A DNA stretch of 64,000 nt. Origin: Amphiscolops sp. MND2022. Taxonomy: Eukaryota. The translations under genes and the position numbers were made by a program. Location: NCBI GenBank assembly GCA_964187785.1, contig OZ076409.1, forward strand, positions 31,684,001-31,748,000, read 5' to 3'. This document shows positions 48,629 through 59,777 of this stretch, piece by piece (the first letter of the stretch is position 1; every line of letters begins with the position of its first letter). Under the pieces are notes generated by a model. The model saw only the letters and a program-made list of their open reading frames with translations, made no database searches and was not told the DNA's origin.

Positions 48629-49440
48629 AATTCATTTATTATCCACTGCCTCAATGGGTATTTTTGAAACACACTAGCATCATTCAAAAATCACCTACAT
48701 CAAAGCATTTTCTTGGATGGTGATTGACGTGCGGCTCTATCGGAATGTATTTTCCCATCTCACAGATTTTTTCTTTTATGTACATGAAAAGCAAATGAAA
48801 AATGACGTCAGTGAAAGCTCTGCAGAAGAAGACCGAGAATGAAGAGGAGAGAAATAGGTGTACATTACACTAAAAAAATACAGCTGTGATACAAAGAGTA
48901 TGACAGTTTTCATTCGTTACTATTTGGAATACGTGAGCTTCTTCCATTGCTCCTTGAGGTTAGTAAAAATCAAACACGAGGTGGCAAAGTTGAAATCAAA
49001 ATTGATGCCAATGCCTGTTTGACGTTTCCGACCGGGAACATTCCAAACCTACTGGGTTTCAAGAGAAAAAAGACCCCATTTGTCTTTCACATCGGCAATG
49101 AAGAGTTATCAATATCTAGAGCACTTGTACCAGACTATCCTTTTGACTTACGTTCCGGAATTACGTTTTGGTTCACACGGAACTGATTGATTATCAGAAT
49201 ACTGGAGATGTGAAAGCACCTGTACTACGAATACTGGATAGTGGAAAACGCACAGAGAACGAAAAACCTTGACTTTACAAAGCTTGCAGACAAGATCATT
49301 TTTTGATTTGCAATACAAAAAACTGTGGGTTCAAAACATTCAATCAATAAGCATTCAACTTGGAACAAAAACGGGTAACCTTGTTCCGTTTGTTGGAATG
49401 GGTAAGGTAGTATCAACCCTAAAATTTGAAACATTTGCGT
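48615..49440 (+). pseudogene. P3 minor capsid protein
   Basis: MDEFEIHLLSTASM...RAALSECIFP...PNLLGF...YPFDLRSG...LIDYQNTGDVKAPVLRI; broken frames. Confidence 0.75.
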
Positions 49441-49441
49441 G

Positions 49442-49810
49442 ATGGATAAGTACTATGCAAAACAAGTTTATTTACCACACTTTTCAAGTTATAATAGACA
49501 GCGAGGCAGTGGAATTGGAGCATTAGCAGCAGGGCTTGTTCGCGTAACTTTTGCTAAAATTTTTCTATTACCAGCAGCAAAGTCATTCGGAAACGAAATG
49601 CTCAAACAATGTGTCCCAGAACAATCGGATGTGATCACGAGCCGAAAATCACCTCGACAAGCAGCAAAAATGTTCTATTAAAGACAATCAGGAAGCAGAT
49701 TGATGGACGAAAGAAACGTGTACCAAAAAAGCGGTCGAAAAACCATAATCCGTTATTAAAAATGCAAGCAGAGAAGTCGGTCAGATTTCTTCTCAAAAGT
49801 GAAAGTTGTT
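49442..49810 (+). pseudogene. P3 basic core-protein-like ORF
   Basis: YYAKQVYLPHFSSYNRQRGSGIGALAAGLVRV...LPAAKSFG plus Lys/Arg-rich tail. Confidence 0.7.
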
Positions 49811-51890
49811 ACCTAGTGTTAACGCTGGAAGCAGCACACAGCTCACTTGACATTTTTGAGCGATCACCAGTTTTGATTACTTTTGATTCTTCTTTTGAAC
49901 AAAAAATCGGACATACTTACGCACCTAACTTCTTTCATTAGTTTGTCTCGGAGTTTGGTATCCGTAATCGCGGTCAAGAATTTTGAAACAAGTAAATCTT
50001 CGGCTGTAATTCCCTCGAACGCGCATTCCTTTCCGATTTATATCAGTCTCCGCTAGAAGTCTTCTGGTGATTCGGTTTCGTTCTGTTTTGTCAAAGAATT
50101 CTTGGCGGTTGTGATGTTTGTTTCTCTTTGGTAAGAAGTATTCGTTGAAAAATCGAATCAGATCTCTTATGACTATTTTGTCCGGTTCTGTTTCATATTC
50201 TGCCCTTGTCATCTGGTATAATGCCTCTGGGCTGATACCCCATATAAAATCTTCTTGTAGTTCGGCCTCGTTGTCGGTCCAACTGCTTTGTGTCAATTCG
50301 ACTCCCCGTATTAGTTCGGCGAGGTCTATTTTATACTTTCTCTTTGTATACTGCCGAAGTCTCTCGAGCCACTGTTTCGGTGTAAATTTTCTTTTCTGGT
50401 CATGTGGCTGAGGTTTGGTACTACAATTTGGTTCGTTTCCTGAGTCATTTTCTTTTTTCGATAAAATCAATATGTTGTTAAGAGTGCTGCCTGCACTGCG
50501 CCATTTCTGGTTGGTAATGAATAAAATGAGTGTTTAGTACGAATATCTCTTACTAAAACGTACAGTCAATCGATCTACACTCTAGCCCAACGTATATAAA
50601 CAAACGATGATGTAGTACGAAACAGTTTTGTTTACAATTTCAGATTCTAACGTAACATAAATATCATCTGAAGTGGCTAGTAATTAAGTATCCGAGATTT
50701 TGATTGACAGATCATCCCAATAAATCGGTTCGGTTGTTGACACCGTATAACAGAACCAACATTGGAATTCGAAGTTGTTGGATACCGAAAGTTTTTTGGA
50801 ACTGCAAATTTTTTTCTGGAAGTGAAATCCAAAATTGTTCAAAATGACGGAACAGACTTATACGATGCAGTTGATGCCAATGCAACAGATTCTCCCATTT
50901 TTGGTAATAACACTCTTCACTCCCTTTTTTCTGAATGCACACTAACTGCAAATGGGGTAATAATTTCAATCGCCAACAGTCTTTATGCCCATAAAGCCTT
51001 CATTTAAACAGATTTTTCCAATGGCAAAGAAGATAGAGATACGTTGAGATGCTGTTTATACATACGAAAGTAACCCCGCCAACACAACAACTGCTGTTTT
51101 CACAACAAAGGAACGGGAATTCAGACATTCTCATGAGTTGACCTTTTTCGGTAGAGTTGCATCAGATGTGTTTTCATGTGACAAACATTTGCTCAGTGCA
51201 GTTACTTTGCGCATTCGCTTCGTGAGATCCAAGCTCGACTTTGTTTTAATTTACGACAATGCTGCAAAACATAAGAGAATCAAATTAATTCAAGCGAACT
51301 TTATGTTCGCAACATGACTGTATCGGATAGTTTTTACCGCCATAGAAAATCTCTGACAAAAACATCTGCACTCTATCGGTATATTGAGGTTTTGCCCAAA
51401 ACGCTTCCCATTCCCACAGGTAGCCGATGTTGGAGGAAAGAGGATGTATTTAGCAAAGAATCCATTCGAGGCTTTGCATTAGCTTCAATTTCCAATCAAG
51501 AATTTCTCGGATCAAAACTTACAAATCCTTCTCGTTATCAGAAACAATTTGAACGAGATACCAGTGTAGCGATATGGATATCCTTTAGCAGGAACATCAT
51601 TGGCGACCGATGATGAGAAACGTGTATACTTATCAACAGTTGATACTCTTGCCTTTGATTATCATGGACGAGGAATTCTTTTCAGTGATTACAGCAATCA
51701 TTTTCTGTTTGTTTCTGATCTCATCAGTACCCAACAAGCTTCGCATGATTTTCTATACCCTGAACCCACCAATGCTGCCATTTCTTTTCAACGGCGCTTG
51801 CTGGGAACACTGAGGTTTTTCTCTCGGGTGAAAGAGCTTCAACCTTTTATATTGATTCGAATCGAAAAGTATCTAAAAATGTCATTCTGA
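49806..51890 (+). pseudogene. P3 major capsid protein, interrupted by a Gypsy fragment
   Basis: HSSLDIFERSPVLITFDSSFEQKIGHTYAPN | EPTLEFEVVG...FGNNTLHSLFSECTLTANG...YAHKAFI...NHFLFVSDLIS. Confidence 0.88.
49930..50752 (-). mobile_element. Truncated Ty3/Gypsy LTR retrotransposon (5' LTR, PBS, partial gag)
   Basis: Minus strand starts TGTTATACGG at 50752; LTR of about 245 bp ends ...CA near 50508; PBS TGGCGCAGT at 50495-50503; gag-like PKQWLERLRQY...YFLPKRNKHHNRQEFF...QNETESPEDF. Confidence 0.8.
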
Positions 51891-51907
51891 ACCCAACAAC
51901 ATGAAAA

Positions 51908-52250
51908 ATGGATGAAGTTTACCTTTCTCAGCTGATACAAAACGCTTCGCGTCTTAAAACTAGGTTTGGAGGTATTTATCCAGCAGATAAATTTCCAATT
52001 TTACTACCTACCAATACGTTTGTGTTTAATTCGGAAATTTCGACCAGCACCGGTAAACACTGGGTCGTTTGCAGCAATGCGAAAGGTGAATACAATTTGC
52101 TGACCCCCTCAGCTTGGACTTGTTTTCTCTTTACCCAAATATTGCCTGAAGACTTGTCGCCAACATTGACATTTCGACATGTTGTTTGTTTAATACTCTT
52201 TATCCAAAGATTTCCTTTATTACTGAAACCGACTTGCTACGCTTTTTGAA
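51908..52250 (+). pseudogene. P3 adenain-like cysteine protease, N-terminal part
   Basis: RFGGIYPADKFP...FVFNSEISTSTGKHWVV (catalytic His); catalytic Cys region lost. Confidence 0.82.
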
Positions 52251-52477
52251 AAAAAATTATTGTAATTCAGTTCTAAAATTTCAGTTATCTTCGAAGTTAG
52301 AAGAGGAGCTAAGTTTAGAGCTGCATGACCAGTTCGAAAAAAATCTGCAATAAGATAGCCACTATAAGGTCCGAACATAACACTTTCCAAACGCTGCATT
52401 GTTGTTTGACTCAGTCCTGAATGGACTTGTCCCGCCTTGTCACATTTTTGCACTGACAAACAAACTGGAGGCAAAAA

Positions 52478-52845
52478 CTATTTAGGGTTCCGGCTTGAAG
52501 TAACAAAATGTCCATTGTATTGAATTGCTTGATCCCACCGCTCGAACTTTTGACCATACACGTCATCGCTGTTTGATATTAGTGAAGCGTAGGTAGTATA
52601 TAAGCACGGTAACAAATGATTTTTAGGTTGACCTTTCGTCTGGTTATCTCCAAAACATAGAACAAGAACATGATAGTGATTGTCTGCGTGATGTTTCATA
52701 ATCCTTCATGCGCGGGTGAGTGTAAACCAAACGAAAAATTAATCTCTACAGGAAAATCAACTCCGCTTTTGTGTTTTTCGTTGAATATATGAAATCGGAA
52801 TATTTTTTCTGGATTGTTCGAAATGATCAGGAGACCTCTCAACAT
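52478..52845 (-). pseudogene. P3 accessory ORF with HUH-like motif (one frameshift)
   Basis: MLRGLLIISNNPEKIF...FSFGLHSPAHEGL / KHHADNHYHVLVLCFG...CLYTTYASLI. Confidence 0.4.
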
Positions 52846-52879
52846 GGCCTCCACTATATTTTAGGGGGTCAATGTTTTC

Positions 52880-53225
52880 CTAATTTTCGTCGTTGTACTC
52901 CTCTCCGAATCTATAGAAATTGCTGAAGACTTCTTCACCACCTTAACTCGATTGAAATCCTTTGTACAGCTACCTGGTGGTTGTAAAATTGAATTTCACC
53001 TCGAAAGCAACTTTTCAAACTCTCTTTTGTCATGTTGACTTTCTGTGCAGATATAAATACGTCGTCAGCCTTCTTAGTGAATAGTTTTCTGGAAATTTAG
53101 GTCCCTGTTCTGTCATAGGTTTTTATTGTAGCTCGAACAAGTCTACTTGAAGAGTGGGAAATATTGTGATGGAAATCGTCAAAGTTTTTGTCTTTTGGCA
53201 GAGTGAAGTCACTAGAGAAGGACAT
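52880..53225 (-). pseudogene. P3 PC4-like ssDNA-binding protein remnant
   Basis: MSFSSDF...SSRLVRATIKTYDRTGT*ISRKLFTKKADDVFISAQKVNMTKE fits the PC4 pattern (R.V....F.G..YI.IR.F......KGI.LT.EE); TATAA about 55 nt upstream. Confidence 0.5.
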
Positions 53226-54244
53226 TCTGAATGCGACAAATAGAGTCTTGAAATGAGAAGACTCTTGAAACTGGTTATAATTTTGTGGTTCTTGGGAGGT
53301 ATCGTTTGATTAGTCTACCTGGATTTGTCAACACACGCTGCTTGCGGCATTCTCTTTGTAGTAAATGTCCACTGTAATGAAAAACCTACATTTTTCCATA
53401 AAATGACATATGATCACGAGTTGTCGGCATTTGTTCTTTGTAGTGAAGGTTCCTTTAATAAAAAACACATTTTATACTAGCTAATAAAAGAGCTCATTTT
53501 ACTAGGGGTGATCGAATACGGTTCCCACTTGTGACCGAGCAATTCTAGAATAAACGACTAAAAACTAAAGTTGATTCACTTTGCTGGAAACTTCAACTGA
53601 AATTGGGCAGCCTTTGCAACTTTTGGGTACAGTCTTGACACTTTTCACGTCTCAGATTTGTTGTTTACGAAACACAGTTGCAAAGAGCTATAGTCATCAT
53701 TGAGCAGCAGAGTGAGGAAGACCAAGAGAGGCCGAGACAAACATTCGGCGGTGGGAAACCAAAAAGGAAATCTTGCTACCCAACATTGTATTCAACAAAA
53801 TTGCCAAATTATTGGTACCAGCAAGTACCATTTTGCAAAAGAAACGGGAGCTTGACTGTGTCTTCGAATGGCGTGATTCACATGAGGAATGGGACGTCGA
53901 GGAAATCCATCATTCTGATCTTCCAAAGCTATCAATCAACATCGAACGCATTTTGTGCAAACACGATTCCTCATTGGTACCCATCACACCTAATCAAATG
54001 GTAGTCTGGAGAGAAATGGAATCACTCGAGATATTCTGGGGTTGGAAAAAGATCCATCACGACAACCTCCAGATATAGAAAATACCGATTCGGGTGAGAA
54101 GAAATCTACAATGCCAGACAGCACGCGAACCGACAATTACCAACTAGCAACGACGATTAGGAGAAAGCGCATCGATTAGAAAAGAAACTCATCACGATTG
54201 TAACTTGAAACTTTCAACTAACCAACAAAATATTCAACTAACAA

Positions 54245-57020
54245 AATATTATCGGTGGAAGTATTGCGGGAGTTTTCATGCCAGTAACCTTGACATTTCA
54301 ACCGGGTATACTTCGCTTCCTAATTATGAAAGAGCTCCGTTTCAATGAATGCTTTCTGTGCATAATAGCCATCCGTCGCGTCATATCGCAGGTTGTTGCC
54401 GTTAATTTGCAGAATTCGACACTTGACTCCTTAGTAAATGTTCTGAAGATCAACTGAATTGCGAATGCCAACAAATTAGAATGCTAAAGTGTGCCCGTTG
54501 GGTCCATAAAGGGGTCCAATCTTCTGCTCCAAAGACGTATCAAAAGTAACAAGCAATGGAGGTTTCTCAAAAAGACCCAAGCTGCTTTAGTTAGCTCCAA
54601 CAGGTGAATTGTTAGGTAGCATTTCTTTTCCTGGAGTGAAAATCAGACGGACTTCTCTGAAGTTTTCGTTTTTTTTTGACTGGTTCTTTTTCTCGACTTT
54701 TTCAGCCTTCGAGACCGCCCATCAATTAGTTTTTTCACTGTTTACTTCAATGCTGATTTCGCGGCTCGTTTGATTTTTCTGGAATCAACCTCCATCATTT
54801 CAGGTAAACAACTCTTCACCGATTGATTTCACAGCCGGTAAAGGAACATATTCGGCAAAGGGGAGAGCAACACGAGCAATTCCGAGAGCGAGAGGTCCGA
54901 TACCGCTACCTCTTTGGCGCGCATGCCCTGTAAAGTGAGGCAAAGTTGCTTGCCGAGAGTGAAAACTCTGCCTTTCAGTCAAACTTTCGGAACTTCAAAG
55001 TGAGATGAGTACCAAGAAACGGAATGTAAACACCAGTTGCCGTAAGCAGTCCCATGAAAATTTCTCGGATGGAGATCAGAACTAAGGACTTGAATTGCAA
55101 ATTACGGAAACTTCCGTCTGTAGTGGTTGAAGTAGTGTACAGATCACCGTTTTTCAGCCTTCGTCTCGTGTCAGTGACACCTAAAACTGGGGCCTTGGCT
55201 CCAGCAACATTTTTCTGCTCGATTATATTACAGTGAATAAAAAATCTCGCTTCCTGTAATAATATCCAAAGGAAACTCACCTCTTATTGGTTGATGTTGT
55301 TCTTGCACCAATTTATTGGTCCCGATAAAAAACCCACCGCGATTAGTGTCAAAGATTCCTGTGAAACCTAGAACATTCAAGATATTTTTGTCATGGAAAC
55401 TGATTCGATACCCTTTGTTGAACTTCAATTCAATAACGTCGTCTTACAGTTAAGTTTCAGCGAGGGGCTTATTGTAGGAAGTCCCTTCTTTCAAAGTATT
55501 TAGTATATCAAGGATACTTCCATACTTTCCTGCTGGAAAAGTGACATTATTTGACCACTCTTCACGCCTGATTGACTTGACGATGGTTTCACGTGAAACG
55601 AACTGTCATGGGTTGTTTTCGGAGTGTAGCTCCTGCTGGGGACATTTTTAATGCTAGATGCGAAAGTATTTCAGCCAAAGCCAGTCTTCGGTCTCCGTGC
55701 AACTGCAGCTGTTCCGGCAAAAGGTTTCGAAATACGGCCATTCTATTACCATGACAAACTTCCATAGATCCTGTTGACTCAAGGGAAATTCAAATTCGTT
55801 CATTGTAATCCAATCTTTATCAACTTCTCATGGAACTTTCCTGGAATGTCTTCACCGTCACCGGTTGATAAGGATTACGTTGAGGGATTGAACGTGGCTT
55901 CTTTTGTAACGATGATTTGCCTCACTATGAGTTGTGTAAGTCTCGATGCCGTTCGCTTCACAAAACTGTCTAAAAGCTCCTTTAAACAAAGGTCCTCTAT
56001 GTGACCAAACTTTTGTGGGGTTTTTGTCGATGATCGTACGCGTGAAAGATTTCGCTGTCTCGTTGGCCTAATTCGAACTCATGGGTCCAACTCGTGGTTT
56101 CCGGGATAAAACATCGACAGTTACCAAGAGATATTTCACACCGTGGTTGTATTTAACGTGGTTGTATTTATTGTGGTTGTATTTACCGTGGTTGTATTAA
56201 CCGTGGTTGTATTTACCGTGGTTGTATTTACCGTGGTTGTATTTGGCTAGCTTGTCGACATAAGCCACGTCAATAGACCAAATGTCATTGATATCGAACG
56301 CAAAAACTTCCACGCGAGGGAAGCGTCGTAGAAACTGGGCACTATTTTGTGTGGGCATTTTTTCCCTGAAGCAAATTGTTAACTTTTCTCCAGTTCAACC
56401 CGCTAGCTTTCTTGGTTTGCAACACTGCCATAAGCAGCGGGTCCTTTTCGATACAATGCTTCAAGTTTGCGAAGATCTGATTCAGAGACAGTCCCAGCGT
56501 CGCGGAGCATTCGTTTCTTCTTCAAGAGCTTCGATAGATGACTCCTCTCCGGAAACAGCTTTCTTGGAGAGACGTTTTTCGGGGTCTTGTTTCTAGAACC
56601 ATTGGTTTTCTTTGCAAATAATGACTGTAGAACCTTTTGACGTCAGAATTAGGAACTAACAGGTGAAATATAAATTTTTGACAAAATTCTTCGATAGTCG
56701 GGAACATGAAGATCTGTCGTTGCGAATTGTAGAGGAAACTAGTGGTTCCAGCAAAGTTGGTCGGTTGTCAAGAGTCAAAAAACTGTCTTAGTTGATAGAG
56801 ACATCAGAGGAGTCGTAAATTTTTTGAATAGGCTCGAATTTCTTCAGTTGCCATGGTTTTATCATTGAGCGACTTCAAAACATGTTTTCCCGGTCGGCTA
56901 CTGGAGATGATGACGTAGCCTCACTCTTTTCCTCCTGAGGTTTTTCAGGTGGTTGATTTCTCTGTAACGGTTAACAACTTTGTCTTCTCGTTGATTGTTG
57001 TATCTTAAGTTTCCGAGTTT
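54245..57020 (-). mobile_element. Polinton/Maverick P4 fragment in opposite orientation (integrase, minor capsid, core, MCP 5' end)
   Basis: Minus strand: integrase DIWSIDVAYVDKLAKY...VKYLLVTVDV (about 55790-56480); minor capsid FFIHCNIIEQKNVAGAKAPVL (54975-55803); core RQRGSGIG (54625-54982); MCP FEKPPLLVTFDTSLEQKIGP...YAQKAFIETEL (54245-54622). Confidence 0.88.
56141..56244. repeat. 15-bp minisatellite x7 inside P4 integrase
   Basis: (C/A/T)(C/T)GTGGTTGTATT(T/A)A repeated seven times; reads KYNHG on the minus strand. Confidence 0.95.
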
Positions 57021-57023
57021 TTT

Positions 57024-58187
57024 GAGGCTTCGAGCGAGCGAAGCGAAGCGACGAAGTCTCTATTGTTCCGCGTTTACTAGCGTTTTGGTTTTTTTTTTCG
57101 CGTGACATACCCTCTGCACTTGTATTAATTGAAGGCTATTTTCTCAGGGCCTATTTCCCGCGACCATCCAAACTTTCCAAAAAGAAACGCAACTTGATGC
57201 TCTTTCTAACCGTGTAAAAACTTTCTGAAAATTTTCCACCGGCGCGATTTTATTAGCTTCGAAAGCGCGAAATTTTCGAAAATTTTTAGGGTTTTTGTCG
57301 ATTTTGCTATTTTTCTTTTCGCAAACCACAGCGAATTGGCCCGATGTAGGTACTAACCGACGTAAAACGATGTTTTCTTTAATTTGGTGAAAGTTTTTTT
57401 ATCCTAGAATTATTGGGCTTTGCGAAAATGACCATTAAAAATAGGAAAAATTTTCGGTTTTTTGCGTAAAAAATTTCTCAACCTATTTTCAAGTAGCAAT
57501 CAGTTCTAATCCAAGCAGTGGTGTTTCTACTCGATAACAGGTCTGCTTAGCTGCCCAAAGTTAGAAATTGGAAAGTCACAACGTTTACGTCGGACAGATA
57601 GAGACAAAAAAGTTTCCAAATTTTTTGAATTTTTGATAAATTGCTCTCTTTATTCAATTTTGTAAAAGTTTCGGCCTATTTTCTCGGAGCCTAATACTTC
57701 GAGACCATCCAAAAACTCAACAAATTGTTGGAACTGAATTTGTTGGTGAAGATTTAAATGTTGTTGGATTTTCGGGCAGTGAGAAAATAGCGATTCAATA
57801 TCGAAAATTTTTTTGGAACATAATTTTTTTCGAATATTTTGGAGCTTTCACTAATTTTGCTCATTTCTACATTACAAACAACGTCGACCCGGCATAAAAT
57901 ACGTCCTATCCGACTTCTTTCACATGTTTAAAGTTTCATTGTGATACATTTTTTGGTGGTTGAGAAAATGGCGATTGAAATTCTGAAAATTTACGTTTTT
58001 TCCCAATTTTTTCCTTTTCAATTCTTTTCAATTTCATTGTATTTTGAGCATTCTCGTACCATATATAACCTTAGCTATTCGTCATAGCTAATAACTTGGT
58101 AATATGGTTCAAATGCACATGATGATAGTCAATTATGGCTGCGGGACCTGTCGCTCGAAGCCGTGCGCAAATTCCTTTGCGCCTATG
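57024..58187 (+). mobile_element. Helentron/DINE-1-like non-autonomous element
   Basis: Subterminal inverted repeats GGCTTCGAGCGA (57026-57037) and TCGCTCGAAGCC (58151-58162), 3' hairpin GCGCAAA-TTCC-TTTGCGC, T-runs at both ends, no TSD. Confidence 0.7.
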
Positions 58188-59181
58188 TTTTTGGTAGTTG
58201 TTTCATGTGATTCTCTTTCGGGATGAGAATAAATTCTTGTGAAGTCATTCTGTTTGGTAATAATGTATCACATACAATGCTCAGTTGCTTCTCGAAAGGA
58301 AACAGCTTATAATCTTCGAAAGTAACATTGCCAGTGATAATTTCGAGAGCGCACTCACAAAGGAACTTGATTTCTTATGAATCACATTGGCAAAGAAACT
58401 TTTTGTATTCTTTCTTTGTCTTTCCGGACGTTTTTTAAACTTTGGATAGAATGTTTGGCACGCGAACATTGAGAAAGTTAACTTTTTCTCCCAGATACAC
58501 GAGGTCCCACAAAGACATGAATAGACGGTCATTTGTGAAAATAATTTTGTTCATAGGCATAATAACTCCAACTACATGTAAACGGTTTCTATTCCTTGGG
58601 TTATTTATCTTTCATCGGGACAGGTCCAGTTTTTGTTTAAGGCTAGACAATCGAGAAAATCACCAAGCCCGGAGTCACCTAAAGTCAGTTGAATCAAATC
58701 TGGCCAACCAGTTTATATATTGAAATATTCTCTTGTCATCTTGGTATTTTTTTCAATGGCTTTTTCAGCGTTCAAGAAGGAAATCACCGTCTCCCGAAGT
58801 AGACAAGAGAAAGGTTAGCTTTACTAAGTTATTTGAGTTGCAATAAAATTGATGCGAAGAATAAGGGCGATTTGTCATCACTCTCGTTTTGATGAGACCG
58901 GGATTCCCTCCCATACAAAAACAGGTTGATCATACTCTGGACCATAAAGGTTCATGGTTCCAGGCGGACCATACTCTGGGCCATATATGATTCCAGATCA
59001 TATATTCCAGACCATTGTGAGATCATAGAAAACTGTGTATGGCACCATGTATGATCAGAGTCGTTTCAACTTAACGGTATAACCAACCTGGTCGGGAAAC
59101 CCGGGAGTCCTTCTGATTGAGTTATCTGAATGAGCTATTCGATATATACAATTTGACAGCACGCATTTTGAAATGTTTTAG

Positions 59182-59286
59182 TCGGCTGCCCTAAATGCTG
59201 CTGCACAAGCTACCAGTTCAAACGCAGTCAGCTCTCGTAGCAATTCCCCATCGACTGAAACTGCGCCTCTTAGTAAAGCATCACCT
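59182..59286 (+). CDS. MORC2: MORC2-like gene, exon F (Ser/Ala-rich linker)
   Basis: ttttag acceptor and cct|gttagt donor, 105 nt open frame SAALNAAAQATSSNAVSSRSNSPSTETAPLSKASP. Confidence 0.65.
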
Positions 59287-59375
59287 GTTAGTTGTAAATT
59301 CCAACAACCAAGGTAGCCCAATTGATTGTGGCCCCTGAAAAGTAGTAATTGACATGCTCTGAAACAATGTTTCAG

Positions 59376-59492
59376 AAAACGACCACCGCGTCTCTCAGAG
59401 ACAAGGATGAAAGACCGGCCTCCAGAAGAACAGAAAGAAGTGAGAGACAGGAAACACAGAGTCAAAGAGAAACGGCTAGCCAATTACTTCAA
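59376..59492 (+). CDS. MORC2: MORC2-like gene, exon G (charged linker)
   Basis: tttcag acceptor and caa|gtgata donor, 117 nt, KTTTASLRDKDERPASRRTERSERQETQSQRETASQLLQ. Confidence 0.62.
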
Positions 59493-59684
59493 GTGATAAT
59501 TAGAATAAATACAAATGGTTAAATCCGAGTTGAAACCCAATGCACTAAGTATCAATGTTGTTAAAAAGTTTACTAGCTATCGATGTTTTACTTATAGGTA
59601 TTGCAACGTTTTTTGAAGCTCATTTCCTTAAATCTACTAAATTGGTCCTTAAATAAAATAACATGCTAGTTTATTTTATTCCAG

Positions 59685-59777
59685 GCAAAAAGTTCGCGCT
59701 TGGCAAGCAGTAATTCAGCTTCAACGTTGCCTCTAGCACCCAAAAAAGTTGAGTCAAAAAAATCTCACAAGGAAAAG
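59685..59777 (+). CDS. MORC2: MORC2-like gene, exon H (linker)
   Basis: ttattccag acceptor and aag|gtatgt donor, 93 nt, AKSSRLASSNSASTLPLAPKKVESKKSHKEK. Confidence 0.68.

Larger units (their letters stand above)
44499..53450 (+). mobile_element. Polinton/Maverick P3, decayed, no pPolB in window
   Basis: AGTAGT candidates at 44462 and 44499, then subterminal TCGGAATTGATTCGGCGCT repeats, then membrane ORF, ATPase fragment, integrase, minor capsid, core, MCP and protease. Right end uncertain. Confidence 0.85.

Noticed and set aside
56141..56244. Short regular repeats (also 31328-31408 and 44632-45054) as a CRISPR array
   Set aside because: No unique spacers of constant length, no cas genes, and the context is spliceosomal eukaryotic DNA.
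58200..58830. Possible decayed LINE RT fragment on the minus strand
   Set aside because: Too degenerate to support with identifiable motifs.
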